NCBI GenBank assembly: GCA_007119965.1
Contig: SKOR01000044.1
Location: 8,270 to 72,269, forward strand
Source: Syntrophomonadaceae bacterium
Lineage (GTDB): Bacteria; Bacillota; Dethiobacteria; DTU022
Reading direction: 5' to 3'
Length of the DNA: 64,000 nt
The notes under the pieces were generated by a model. It searched no databases, was not told the origin of the DNA, and saw nothing but the letters and a program-made list of their open reading frames with translations. Below are positions 39,818 to 49,522 of this stretch, piece by piece; position 1 is the stretch's first letter, and each line of letters opens with the position of its first letter. A program made the position numbers and the translations under genes.

Positions 39818-40972
39818 ATGGTAAACCCGTTTACCCTACCCGGCGTCAACTATTACGGCCGTGGAGCCCTGGGCAGCCTGGGGCCGGAATTAAAAAACTA
39901 TAAAGCAAAAAAGGTGTTTCTTATCTCTGACCAGGGGGTCGCTTCGGCCGGACTTGTTGACAGGGTTGCCGGTGAGATTGAAGAAGCAGGAGCGGGGGTT
40001 GTCAGGTACCTCGATGTCACTCCTGAGCCAACCGTTGAAGAACTGGAGCAATGCCTGGAAAAGTTCAGGGATCATGACTGTAACCTGATTATCGGCCTGG
40101 GAGGCGGCAGCCCCCTGGATGTGGCCAAGGGCGTATCGGTTTTGGCAACTAACGGCGGCAGCATTCTCGATTATGTCGGCCTCAACCTGATTCCCGGGAA
40201 AGGTGTCCCCAAGTTCCTGATTCCGACAACAGCCGGCACGGGAGCGGAGGTAACTAAAAACGCCATCTTTACCGATACAAAAGAACATTTAAAAAAAGGT
40301 GTGGTCAGTATACATCTGCTGCCCGAAGTGGCGATTGTCGATTCCGGGTTAACCTACTCTGTGCCGCCCGGCGTAACTGCAGCCACGGGAATGGATGCCC
40401 TGACCCACGCTATTGAGTCATACACCTCGCCCAGGGCTAATATCCAGACTGATCTCTACGCCCTGAAAGCGATTGAATTAATTGGGGCCAGCCTCAGGCG
40501 GGCTGTCTCCTTTGGCAGGGATGAAAAATCTCGGGAAGATATGGCTCTCGGTTCAGTTTTTGCCGGCATCTCCCTGGCTAACGCAGGAGTTGGCGCCGTT
40601 CATGCCTGTGCCTACCCTATCGGCGGGCAGTTTGGCACCGGGCACGGGGAAACCAATGCCCTGTTGCTGCCTTACATCATGGAGTACAACATGATTGGCG
40701 ACCTCCAGAAGTTCGCTAATATTGCCCGCGCCATGGGTGAGGTTACCGGGAAGCTGTCCCTGCGGGAGCAGGCTGAGTTGGCCTGCAAATCTGTTTTTGA
40801 GCTGTCCCGTGATATCGGCATACCACAGAAACTGAGTGAATTCGGGATCAGGAAAGAGGATATTCCCGGGTTGGCTGAAGCAGCGGTTAAAGTAACCCGT
40901 TTGATGGATAACAATCCCAAAAAGCTGACCCTGGAAGAAGTGGAGGCCTGCCTCTTTAAAGCGCTGGATTAA
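39818..40972 (+). CDS. iron-containing (group III) alcohol dehydrogenase
   Basis: 'GGGSPLDVAKG' and the metal-binding His motifs ('HAIESYTS', 'HACAYPIGGQFGTGHG') are present. ATG at 39818 is 10 nt after AAAGGAG. Confidence 0.88.
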   Translation: MVNPFTLPGVNYYGRGALGSLGPELKNYKAKKVFLISDQGVASAGLVDRVAGEIEEAGAGVVRYLDVTPEPTVEELEQCLEKFRDHDCNLIIGLGGGSPLDVAKGVSVLATNGGSILDYVGLNLIPGKGVPKFLIPTTAGTGAEVTKNAIFTDTKEHLKKGVVSIHLLPEVAIVDSGLTYSVPPGVTAATGMDALTHAIESYTSPRANIQTDLYALKAIELIGASLRRAVSFGRDEKSREDMALGSVFAGISLANAGVGAVHACAYPIGGQFGTGHGETNALLLPYIMEYNMIGDLQKFANIARAMGEVTGKLSLREQAELACKSVFELSRDIGIPQKLSEFGIRKEDIPGLAEAAVKVTRLMDNNPKKLTLEEVEACLFKALD

Positions 40973-40995
40973 TGATGTGTGAGGTGTAAAACATT

Positions 40996-41760
40996 ATGGG
41001 AAAACTATCTGTTGACCTGAAAGGCAAAACTGCCATAGTGACCGGGGCCGGTAAAGGGATCGGCAAAGCAATAGCCCTTTCCCTGGCTGAGTCCGGGGCC
41101 GGGATTGTTGCTGTCAGCCGGACTATGAAAGACCTGGAAACGCTTAAGGCAGAAATAATGAAAGGAGGTGGAGAATGTTCCATTATAAGCTGTGATGTGC
41201 AAAATGTTAGCCAGATCGAGCAAATGGCAGAGCAGGCCGCTGACGAAGCGGGGCAAATTGATATCCTGGTTAACTCTGCCGGGTTAAATATCCAGGCCCA
41301 TACCCTTGATGTAACCGAGGAGCAGTGGGATACGATTATGAACACCAACCTGAAAGGCGCATTTTTTGCATCACAGGCTGTGGCAAAAAAGATGAAGCAG
41401 CATCAAGAAGGCCGGATTATAAACATTACTTCGCAGATGGCCCTGGTGGGTTTCTACAAGAGAGTGGCTTACTGCGCCAGTAAGGGCGGGTTGACCCAGG
41501 CCACCAAGGCCATGGCAGTAGAACTGGCAGAGTATAATATCAAGGTTAACTGTGTGGCTCCGACATTCCTGAAAACCCCCCTGACTGAACCGATGTTCGA
41601 AGATCAGGAGTTTTACAACGAGGTGATCAGCAGGATTCCCCTGGGTAAAATTGGCACCCCGGATGACGTTGTCGGCGCAGTATTATACCTGGCCTCAGAT
41701 TCGGCCGAACTGGTTACCGGAAGCACCGTGCTTGTTGATGGTGGCTGGGTAGCCTGGTAA
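40996..41760 (+). CDS. SDR-family NAD(P)-dependent oxidoreductase
   Basis: 'TGAGKGIGKAIA' is the Rossmann motif, 'NSAG' is present, and 'YCASKGG' is the catalytic YxxxK. Confidence 0.88.
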   Translation: MGKLSVDLKGKTAIVTGAGKGIGKAIALSLAESGAGIVAVSRTMKDLETLKAEIMKGGGECSIISCDVQNVSQIEQMAEQAADEAGQIDILVNSAGLNIQAHTLDVTEEQWDTIMNTNLKGAFFASQAVAKKMKQHQEGRIINITSQMALVGFYKRVAYCASKGGLTQATKAMAVELAEYNIKVNCVAPTFLKTPLTEPMFEDQEFYNEVISRIPLGKIGTPDDVVGAVLYLASDSAELVTGSTVLVDGGWVAW

Positions 41761-41804
41761 TTCTACCTTAGTAAAGTGATGTTAATAAGATTGGAGGATG
41801 TTAT

Positions 41805-43169
41805 ATGACCGTTCTGAATACTGTAGGAAACAAACTTTCCGATGTTTCGGAAAAGGTAATGCCAAGCCCCTTAATTTTTGCTCTTTTGCTTACATTCGTT
41901 TCATTTGTCCTCGGCATTACCCTGGCCGGGAACACACCGCTTCAAATGATCGACCACTGGTACGCCGGGTTTTGGGATCTGTTAGCTTTCGCTATGCAGA
42001 TGGTTCTCATCCTGGTTACCGGCCACGCCCTGACCCGGGCGCCCCAGGTCAGCAACTTGATCAAGAAACTGGCCGGCATCCCCAATAATAACCCCCAGGC
42101 TGCCGCATTAACTGCCCTGTTGGCCTGCCTGGTCGGTTACTTCCACTGGGGTTTCGGCTTGATCGTCGGCGCCCTTTTCGCAGTAGAGGTGGCGAAGCAG
42201 GCTCACCACAGGGGAATTAAACTGCACTATCCGCTTATTGCCGCTGCAGGTTATACCAGCCAGCTGGTCTGGCACGTTGGCCCCTCGAGCTCTGCTGCCC
42301 TTCTTTCGGCAACACCGGGCCATATATATGAAGATCTGATTGGCGTGGTTCCCCTTGCCGAATCAGTATTTTCTATTTACTCTATCCTGCTGGCAATCAT
42401 GCTTTGCCTTGTAGTTATTCCGGTAGCCTTTTACTTTATGGCACCGAAAACAGGTGAAGGCGCAAAGACAATCGCCGATATGTCACCGAAATTGCTGGAA
42501 GAGGACGAACATGGTATCGAAAATGATGTCATCGAAAAACCAACCTTCGGCGATCGACTGGATAACAGCAAGCTTATTGCCATCATAACTGCCATTATGG
42601 GAGCTGTGGCCATTGTACTCTATTTTTACGCCAGGGGTTTCACCCTCGACCTGAATATCTTTAACTTTATCTTTATCGTTCTCGGCTTTATACTGCACGG
42701 CACCCCTGAACGCTACGCTAAAGCAATCACCGAGGCTGTCAAGGGCGCTGCGGGCATCATTTTGCAGTTCCCCTTCTACGCCGGAATCATGGGTATGATT
42801 CAATACTCGGGGCTGGCCTTAATCGCTGCAAACTGGTTCCTCGGATTCGCTACTGCTGCTAACTTCCCGATTATTGCCTGGTTAACAGCAGGTGTGATGA
42901 ATATATTCGTACCTTCCGGTGGCGGGGAATGGGCTGTTATCGGCGGAATCATGAGTGAGGTATCATTGGCTCTTGGCGTACCGATCGGCAAAACTATTGT
43001 CGCCTACGGCTGTGGTGATATGTGGACGAATATGCTTCAGCCGTTTTGGGCTATCGCCCTGCTCGGTATTACCCAGCTTCGGGCCAGGGATATCATTGGT
43101 TACACCCTGACGATCATGTTAATTACCGGGCCATTTATTGCTCTTGGCCTCTATTTCTTCCCCTACTGA
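41805..43169 (+). CDS. atoE: short-chain fatty acid transporter (AtoE family)
   Basis: The 454-aa polytopic membrane protein has an N-terminus 'MTVLNTVGNKLSDVSEKVMPSPLIFALLLTF', typical of AtoE/SCFA transporters. Confidence 0.75.
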   Translation: MTVLNTVGNKLSDVSEKVMPSPLIFALLLTFVSFVLGITLAGNTPLQMIDHWYAGFWDLLAFAMQMVLILVTGHALTRAPQVSNLIKKLAGIPNNNPQAAALTALLACLVGYFHWGFGLIVGALFAVEVAKQAHHRGIKLHYPLIAAAGYTSQLVWHVGPSSSAALLSATPGHIYEDLIGVVPLAESVFSIYSILLAIMLCLVVIPVAFYFMAPKTGEGAKTIADMSPKLLEEDEHGIENDVIEKPTFGDRLDNSKLIAIITAIMGAVAIVLYFYARGFTLDLNIFNFIFIVLGFILHGTPERYAKAITEAVKGAAGIILQFPFYAGIMGMIQYSGLALIAANWFLGFATAANFPIIAWLTAGVMNIFVPSGGGEWAVIGGIMSEVSLALGVPIGKTIVAYGCGDMWTNMLQPFWAIALLGITQLRARDIIGYTLTIMLITGPFIALGLYFFPY

Positions 43170-43204
43170 TCGCTCTGAGGCGATTCCAGTGAATCTATCA
43201 TCAG

Positions 43205-43243
43205 GCGCTGCTACCGGTGTTACACCGGTGGCAGCGCCTTTCC
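43205..43243 (+). terminator. rho-independent terminator after atoE
   Basis: A 16-bp stem GGCGCTGCTACCGGTG / CACCGGTGGCAGCGCC with one mismatch is followed by TTTCCC. Confidence 0.6.
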
Positions 43244-43392
43244 CGCAGGCCTGCGCATCAACCCGGGCAAAACGGGTTGTCCTGGATGATTGCGGTATGG
43301 AGCAGTTCATGAAGGAACTGTTTTTCGCGTTATGGGGAACCATGAAATGGCAGTGTGGGATTTATCCACGTGAGTATAAAAATAGCAGGCAT

Positions 43393-43420
43393 TGACACGG
43401 TATTTTGGGTAAAGTATACT
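43393..43420 (+). promoter_or_regulatory. sigma-A-like promoter TTGACA-N16-TATACT upstream of nifS
   Basis: TTGACA is at 43393-43398 and TATACT at 43415-43420. Confidence 0.5.
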
Positions 43421-43560
43421 TAAACTATAGCAATTGTATATAATTTTCATTGATGCCGAAGAGGGGCTAGAAATTTTAAGATGCATAGCCCAGGCTGAAA
43501 TTGTTTCAGGTTAGGATAAACGGACCAGAATTATTGAGGGTTTATTGGGAGGTTATATTG

Positions 43561-44715
43561 ATGAGAGAGATTTACCTGGACAATGCTGCTACAACAGCGG
43601 TTCTTCCGGAGGTTGCTGATGCAATGCGCCCGTATTTAACTGAAATTTATGGGAACCCTTCCAGCCTGTATTCTATCGGGCAGAAGGGGAAGCGCGCGTT
43701 GGAAGGGTCGCGCAATGAGGTTGCCTCCGCCATAGAAGCCGAACCTGAAGGAATTATTTTTACAAGTGGCGGCACAGAAAGCGATAACCTGGCCATAAAA
43801 GGTTTTGCTTATGCAAACAGCGACCGGGGCCGGCACCTGGTTACCTCACCCATTGAGCACCATGCTGTCCTAAATGTTTTTCATGAACTCGAAAAACAGG
43901 GGTTTGAGGTGTCCTACCTTCCCGTTGACCGGTATGGAATGGTTGATCCTGAAGCAGTAAAAAAAATAATCCGTCCCGACACCATCCTGATCAGCATCAT
44001 GCTGGCTAACAATGAAATCGGCACGATCGAGCCCCTGAAAGAAATCACCGCCCTGGCTCATGAGCGGGGGATAGCAGTTCATACCGATGCAGTCCAGGCT
44101 GTAGGCAAAATCCCGGTCAGCGTTAAAGAACTGGGAGTAGATATGCTCTCTCTGACTGCTCATAAAATTTACGGCCCCAAGGGTACCGGGGCTCTTTACA
44201 AGCGCGAAGGCATCAAGCTTGCCCCACTTTTTGAAGGTGGACACCAGGAAAAGATTTTACGTCCCGGCACTGAAAATATTCCCGGGGTGGTCGGCCTGGC
44301 CACCGCCCTGCGCCTCGCTACCGGTAACCTTGATACTGAAGCTGCCAAAATATCGGCTCTGCGCGACAGGCTTGAAAGCGGTATTCTATCACGCATTGAT
44401 AATGTAACTTTAAACGGCCATTCTCAACAAAGGGTGTCGAATATAAGCAGCCTGAATTTTGCTTTCCTGGAAGGGGAAGCCCTGCTCCTGGCCCTCGATA
44501 CAAGAGGAATTGCCGTATCGACAGCTTCAGCCTGCAGCGCTGATTCTGATGAACCTTCTCATGTCCTTACCGCAATTGGCCTTGACCCTGTCACAGCCAG
44601 GGGGACACTTCGCTTTTCACTTGGCATAAATAACACTTCAGAAGAGATTGACTATGTTATCGATGCTGTAGCCGATGCGGCAGAGCAGCTTCGCCAACTC
44701 TCACCGATGCGTTAA
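43561..44715 (+). CDS. nifS: cysteine desulfurase (class V aminotransferase, NifS/IscS type)
   Basis: The N-terminus 'MREIYLDNAATT' is preceded by GGGAGG. 'SLTAHKIYGPKGTGALY' carries the PLP lysine. 'SASACSA' carries the active-site Cys. Confidence 0.9.
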   Translation: MREIYLDNAATTAVLPEVADAMRPYLTEIYGNPSSLYSIGQKGKRALEGSRNEVASAIEAEPEGIIFTSGGTESDNLAIKGFAYANSDRGRHLVTSPIEHHAVLNVFHELEKQGFEVSYLPVDRYGMVDPEAVKKIIRPDTILISIMLANNEIGTIEPLKEITALAHERGIAVHTDAVQAVGKIPVSVKELGVDMLSLTAHKIYGPKGTGALYKREGIKLAPLFEGGHQEKILRPGTENIPGVVGLATALRLATGNLDTEAAKISALRDRLESGILSRIDNVTLNGHSQQRVSNISSLNFAFLEGEALLLALDTRGIAVSTASACSADSDEPSHVLTAIGLDPVTARGTLRFSLGINNTSEEIDYVIDAVADAAEQLRQLSPMR

Positions 44716-44803
44716 CCGGTTGGCCCTTGCTTAAGAAAAAGAGAAGGCCGGTAATATCACGGCAGCCCCGGATGATATAATTTATTACTGGAGAAGATGA
44801 ACT

Positions 44804-45298
44804 ATGGTCAAAATTCAGCCTTATGAAGAGAGTGATTGGAAGGCCATCTGGCGGATTATCGAGCCCGTGTTCCGGCCTGGTGAGAGCTATTCCTTTTCGC
44901 CGGAGATAAGTGAAGAAGAGGCCCACAGGGTTTGGGTGGAAATGCCTGAGACAACATATGTTGCCCTGGATCATAACAGCTTTATCCTTGGCACATACTA
45001 GATCAAACCAAACCAACCGGCCCTGGGCGCCCATGTCTGCAACTGCGGTTATATCGTTGCAGAAGCTTCCCGTGGCAAAGGGATTGCTTCAGAAATTTGT
45101 GAGCACTCGCAGTCTGAAGCTGTATCAAAAGGATTCCGGGCAATGCAGTACAACCTTGTTGCAGCAGCCAACCAGGGTGCCGTCCGCCTCTGGCAGCGGC
45201 ACGGATTTTACATAATAGGATCACTCCCCGCAGCATTCCGTCATTCAAAACTTGGCTTTGCAGATGCCTTTGTGATGTATAAACTGCTGGTGGACTAA
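44804..45298 (+). CDS. GNAT-family N-acetyltransferase interrupted by an in-frame TAG (44999-45001): pseudogene, stop-codon readthrough, or pyrrolysine site
   Basis: The first 65 codons (MVKIQPYEE...FILGTY), the TAG, and the next 99 codons are in one frame. The downstream part contains the GNAT acetyl-CoA motif 'RGKGIAS' and the beta4-alpha3 core ('IKPNQPALGAHVCNCGYIVAEASRGKGIASEI'). The total is 164 codons, a normal GNAT length. Confidence 0.5.
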
Positions 45299-45655
45299 GT
45301 CGAATTTCAGCCAACTCCAGCCCTGTGAATAATCAGACGCTATCCGAATGAAGCCCTCCCGGTTAATTGAGCGAGAGGGCTTCATGTTGGGAATATCCCA
45401 GGCTGGTTGTAAGAGCAGGGGACGGGGCCCTCTTTGATTTGGGTTAACCCTGTCGGCGTGCCCGGTATTCCCATGCTTATGTTGACAGCCTGCTGACGGT
45501 TCAGTTTTTTTCGGTCGAATTTCCGGCAAATAAACGGGCTTAAGCATTTAGGGTTAAATAAAGCGATGCAGTTAGATCAGTCAGGCCCTTCTTCATAGTG
45601 TTTCCCTCAGACACAGGTTGAAAGCCGGGGCAGTTTGCTTTATCTTTAACCTCTC

Positions 45656-47323
45656 TCAGGCTTGTTTTTCGCTCTGCATAGTCTGATAGATGTAGTAGCC
45701 GCCGTTTAGGTTGCGTACTTTATTAAAGCCATTATGGATAAGAATTCGTGAAGCCAGGTATGAGCGCAGGCCGGCACTGCAGTAAGTAATTGTTTCCTTT
45801 TTTGGATCAAGTACTTTCAACTGGCTGCGCAGCTGGCCCAGGGGAATATTAATGCTGCCCGGAATTATTCCCTGCTTGAGTTCTTCCGTTTCACGGACAT
45901 CAACGATCTGGAGGCGGCTCATGTCTGTTTCGGTTAATTCCTCTGTTTCAATAGTTTCATAACCAGACTTTAACATGTTGCCTGCGACAAAACCGGCCAT
46001 GTTGACCGGATCCTTTGCCGATGAGTATGGCGGGGCGTAGGCCAGTTCCAGTTCCTGCAGATCATTAACACTGCCCCCGAGACGCAGGGCGGTTGCGAGC
46101 ACATCGATCCGCTTTTCTACGCCGCTGAATCCCAGGGCCTGGGCGCCCAATACTTTTCCTTCGGGGTTAAACAGCAGTTTCAGGGAAAGGGGAGACGCCT
46201 CCGGGTAATAGCCGGCATGATCATTAGGGTGAATAATTATGCTGTGGTATTGAATTTCGGCCTCTTTCAGAATTCGCTCATTGGCGCCTGTTGTGGCCAC
46301 GGTCATATCAAATATTTTCAGTACAGATGTGCCCTGGGTGCCATTGTAGTGTTCAGAATTTCCGACAATGTTATTGGCGACTATCCGCCCCTGCTTGTTG
46401 GCAGGGCCGGCCAGGGGAATTACCGCCGGCTTGCCGGTAACCAGGTGTTTTACTTCAACTGCATCGCCTAAGGCATAAATTGAAGGGTCATTAGTCTGCA
46501 TTCGATCATTGACCTTAATACCCCGCTCAACTTCCAATCCCGCTTCCCTGGCCAATTTTGCCTCCGGCTTGACGCCAATCGAAAGGATTACCAGGTCGGT
46601 TTCCAGCAGTTCACCGCTGTTCAATTCAACATTCAGGCCGCCATTTTCAACTTGATGAAATTGCTTAACCCCATTGCCCAGCCGGAGATTTACATTATGG
46701 GTGCGCAGGTAATGTTGAACCAACAGGGCCATATCGGGGTCAATTGGCGGCAGGACCTGGTGGGCAAGCTCAACAATTGTAACATCCAGGCCTCGTTGGT
46801 GCAGACTTTCGGCCATTTCCAGGCCAATATAGCCGGCTCCCACTACTACAGCTTTTTGCGGGTCTTCCCCAGCAAGGTGACTGAAGATCCGATCAGTGTC
46901 GTTAACGCTTCTCAGGCTGAAAATGCCCTCGCTGTCGATTCCCGGCAGCGGCGGCCGCAGCGGTTCGGCTCCCGGTGACAGGACTAAGTAATCATAACTT
47001 TCGCGATATTTCCGGCCACTGCCCAGTTCAATAATTTCTATTTCTTTATTCTCCCGGTCAATTCCGACGGCTTCATTTAAGGTCCGGACATCAACATTCA
47101 TCCATGCTTTAAATTTTTGGGGCGTCATAACGAAAAGGTCGTCCCTTGCTTCGATTGTTCCCCCAATGTAGTAAGGAAGACCGCAGTTGGCATAGGAAAC
47201 ATACTCGCCACGCTCCAATAGTATTATCTCAGCCTCTTCGCTCATACGACGCAAACGTGCAGCGGTAGAAGCCCCGCCGGCTACCCCGCCAACAATAACA
47301 ACTTTCAGTGACATAGAAAGCAA
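45656..47323 (-). CDS. CoA-disulfide reductase with C-terminal rhodanese domain (CoADR-RHD)
   Basis: It has an FAD/NAD pyridine-nucleotide-disulfide oxidoreductase fold with 'SYANCGLPYY' (the CoADR redox Cys) and a C-terminal rhodanese with 'CSAGLRS'. Confidence 0.85.
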   Translation of the reverse strand: MLSMSLKVVIVGGVAGGASTAARLRRMSEEAEIILLERGEYVSYANCGLPYYIGGTIEARDDLFVMTPQKFKAWMNVDVRTLNEAVGIDRENKEIEIIELGSGRKYRESYDYLVLSPGAEPLRPPLPGIDSEGIFSLRSVNDTDRIFSHLAGEDPQKAVVVGAGYIGLEMAESLHQRGLDVTIVELAHQVLPPIDPDMALLVQHYLRTHNVNLRLGNGVKQFHQVENGGLNVELNSGELLETDLVILSIGVKPEAKLAREAGLEVERGIKVNDRMQTNDPSIYALGDAVEVKHLVTGKPAVIPLAGPANKQGRIVANNIVGNSEHYNGTQGTSVLKIFDMTVATTGANERILKEAEIQYHSIIIHPNDHAGYYPEASPLSLKLLFNPEGKVLGAQALGFSGVEKRIDVLATALRLGGSVNDLQELELAYAPPYSSAKDPVNMAGFVAGNMLKSGYETIETEELTETDMSRLQIVDVRETEELKQGIIPGSINIPLGQLRSQLKVLDPKKETITYCSAGLRSYLASRILIHNGFNKVRNLNGGYYIYQTMQSEKQA

Positions 47324-47588
47324 CCCCTTTTTAAACTGATTACCTCAAATTATAACATAATATTAAGATTATGCAATGTGTCGCCGTGGGGAGAATACCA
47401 GTAAAAGGGGGCGGGAGTCACGCACTAATAATATTTGTAACTGCTCACGCCTCCAAAGGAACCCGGACCTTCGGTCAGCAGCAGGCGAAGCACTTTCTTA
47501 CCTCTCCGTTGCAGGTAAGGGTATCGGCAGCGATAATGCTTTTCCCCTGACTGCTGTTGCAGAAATAGAGACTGGCTGCTATACCAGG

Positions 47589-48122
47589 TTATACTGCAGT
47601 AACCGGCATGGCCTGCATCGAGTATTTTACACTGTCGTTCTCAACCGATCTGATGCCTATCTCTTTGAAGCCTTGCCTGGCATGGAAATCAAGAGATCGC
47701 TTGTTGGGCGGTTCAATCATGATCTCGCAGGTGATTACCGGGATGTTTTCTTTGCGGGCATAGTCAACAATATCCCTGTATAAGAGCGTGCCGATTTTGA
47801 GCCCCTGGTAAGGCCTGTCGACAACTATCCTGTCGATGTATAAAAACCTCTCGTAACGTTCTGAAAACCAGCGGTAGTTATCATTTACGTAAGGGACATG
47901 ATCTTTCATGGCGAGGATAAAAGCAGCGACATGCCCATTGACTTCAGCCACCCTGTGGTAATCTGACAGAGAATCGAGGTGGCGGGCTCTGTCTATGTCC
48001 ATAGCGCTGGTGTACTGAATTTCACAGGCATTCAGATAAATAATCCTGTTGTAGTCCGAATCTGCAGCATCCCGGATAAGAGTCTTGGGCAAATCCGGGC
48101 CCTGGTTGCTTAAGTTTTTCAA
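47589..48122 (-). CDS. GNAT-family N-acetyltransferase
   Basis: The 177-aa product has 'IVVDRPYQGLKIGTLLY' and the overall GNAT pattern. Confidence 0.7.
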   Translation of the reverse strand: MKNLSNQGPDLPKTLIRDAADSDYNRIIYLNACEIQYTSAMDIDRARHLDSLSDYHRVAEVNGHVAAFILAMKDHVPYVNDNYRWFSERYERFLYIDRIVVDRPYQGLKIGTLLYRDIVDYARKENIPVITCEIMIEPPNKRSLDFHARQGFKEIGIRSVENDSVKYSMQAMPVTAV

Positions 48123-48399
48123 AAGAATAGTCCCTCCTTTTTATAGCCATTATATATTTATATGTGACAAAGGTAAAATGCTTTAACAGCTGTTCTGCTG
48201 CACAGCAGTTGACTGAGCGCCAGTCTGAATGGCGTCTTGAAAAGCGATTACACCTATTGACACGATACCCCCCGTGGGTTTATAATTCATTTCAAGCGCA
48301 TATCCATAACTCTATTAGTCAGGCTTTTTGAGCCTGCGGCGCTCGCAATTAAGCGCAGTTTCCCAAACTATTGAAGAACCTGATTGAGGAGTCCATTAA

Positions 48400-48735
48400 A
48401 TGACTGAAAAAGGCTTGGCCAATGGGAATGAAGAAAACGATGAAACCTGTCACCACGCAGGTCACGGCAGTTACCAGGGAAATAAAAAAAAGATCCTTGA
48501 CGGCTTGAGCCGGACAGAAGGCCAGGTCAGGGGTATAAAGCGCATGGTTGAGGAAGAAAGGTATTGTGTCGATGTGCTGAACCAGATCGCTGCATCCAGG
48601 ATGGCGCTGGCCCGCCTGGCCATGTTAATTCTGGAAGATCACACCAAGGGTTGTGTCAGTACGGCTATCCTCGAAAAAGAGAGTGGAGAAAGTACCATAG
48701 AAGAACTGATGGAAGTGATTAAGAGGCTTATGTAA
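48400..48735 (+). CDS. csoR: CsoR/RcnR-family copper-sensing transcriptional repressor with His-rich N-terminal extension
   Basis: 'LSRTEGQVRGIKRMVEEERYCVDVLNQIAA' and '...HTKGC' carry the Cys-His-Cys Cu(I) ligand pattern. The N-terminus is 'CHHAGHGS'. Confidence 0.85.
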   Translation: MTEKGLANGNEENDETCHHAGHGSYQGNKKKILDGLSRTEGQVRGIKRMVEEERYCVDVLNQIAASRMALARLAMLILEDHTKGCVSTAILEKESGESTIEELMEVIKRLM

Positions 48736-48800
48736 GCTTTACAGTTTGAAGCGGCCGGATGCCGGCTTGTAATTTATTTGGCAGCAATTTAAGTTTTACA

Positions 48801-48850
48801 TAGAATTAGAAATGCTGAGGCAGTTTTATGCCTCAGCATTTCTAATTCTA
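48801..48850. terminator. perfect 21-bp inverted repeat hairpin (bidirectional terminator candidate) between csoR and the convergent cop operon
   Basis: TAGAATTAGAAATGCTGAGGC - AGTTTTAT - GCCTCAGCATTTCTAATTCTA. Confidence 0.6.
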
Positions 48851-48951
48851 TTATCCCTTCAGCACTACAAACAGATTTCAACAAATTACTCATTGCATAA
48901 TATTCCTGCGAAAAAGCTGCAGCCTGAATCTATACTGAATGTTTCAGCAGA

Positions 48952-49176
48952 CTAGTGGCAGCTCGGCTTTTGTCCTTTAAATTCTTCAGCATTGGATTCA
49001 GCCATACGGTAGAGAAAACGCTGCCACCAGTTTTTGCCAATATATTTTTCAGGATCGCCTTGAAATTGTTCCCGGCAACCCTGACAGCAAAATTCATATG
49101 TTATTCCATTATAAGAGTAAGTTGCATTAACCTTTTCTTCTGATAAAGTATTCTTGCATACAGGATCATAATACAT
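48952..49176 (-). CDS. YHS/TRASH-domain metal-binding protein
   Basis: 'DPVCKNTL...YSYNGITYEFCCQGCREQF' matches the YHS pattern. It is the last gene of the copA-copZ operon. Confidence 0.75.
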   Translation of the reverse strand: MYYDPVCKNTLSEEKVNATYSYNGITYEFCCQGCREQFQGDPEKYIGKNWWQRFLYRMAESNAEEFKGQKPSCH

Positions 49177-49232
49177 GGTTAGCTCTCCTTACTGACAAGC
49201 GATTCACTGCGGCCCGCTATGCGGGATCATCC

Positions 49233-49472
49233 CTAATGTTCAGACCTGGTTCCCTCATAACCGGCATCATTGACTGCCTGGATCAGGTTCTCTACATTAG
49301 TAATAGCAGTGTCGTATTCAAGGTAAGCCCGTTCATTGTTTAGATCAACCTGGACAGAAGTAACTCCCCGGGCCTCCTGCAGCGCCTTTTCGACGTGCTG
49401 GACACAGTGGTTACAACTCATTCCGGATATATTGATCACCGTCTTTTCCAGGTTACTTGATTGACCATTCAT
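49233..49472 (-). CDS. copZ: copper chaperone CopZ (HMA domain)
   Basis: 'GMSCNHCVQHVEKAL' is the MxCxxC motif. The product is 79 aa. Confidence 0.88.
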   Translation of the reverse strand: MNGQSSNLEKTVINISGMSCNHCVQHVEKALQEARGVTSVQVDLNNERAYLEYDTAITNVENLIQAVNDAGYEGTRSEH

Positions 49473-49501
49473 TATTATCTGCCTCCTCTGTCAAGCCATG
49501 A

Positions 49502-49522
49502 ATATACCCCTATTGGGTATAT
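49502..49522. promoter_or_regulatory. CsoR-type operator ATATACCC-N5-GGGTATAT upstream of copZ
   Basis: 8-bp GC-cored inverted arms with a 5-bp spacer (CTATT). It is the same architecture as the site upstream of copA. Confidence 0.6.

Noticed and set aside
44910-45215. 101-aa ORF in an alternative frame overlapping the GNAT
   Set aside because: The same DNA read in the frame of 44804 gives a canonical GNAT C-terminal half, so the alternative-frame ORF is a shadow.
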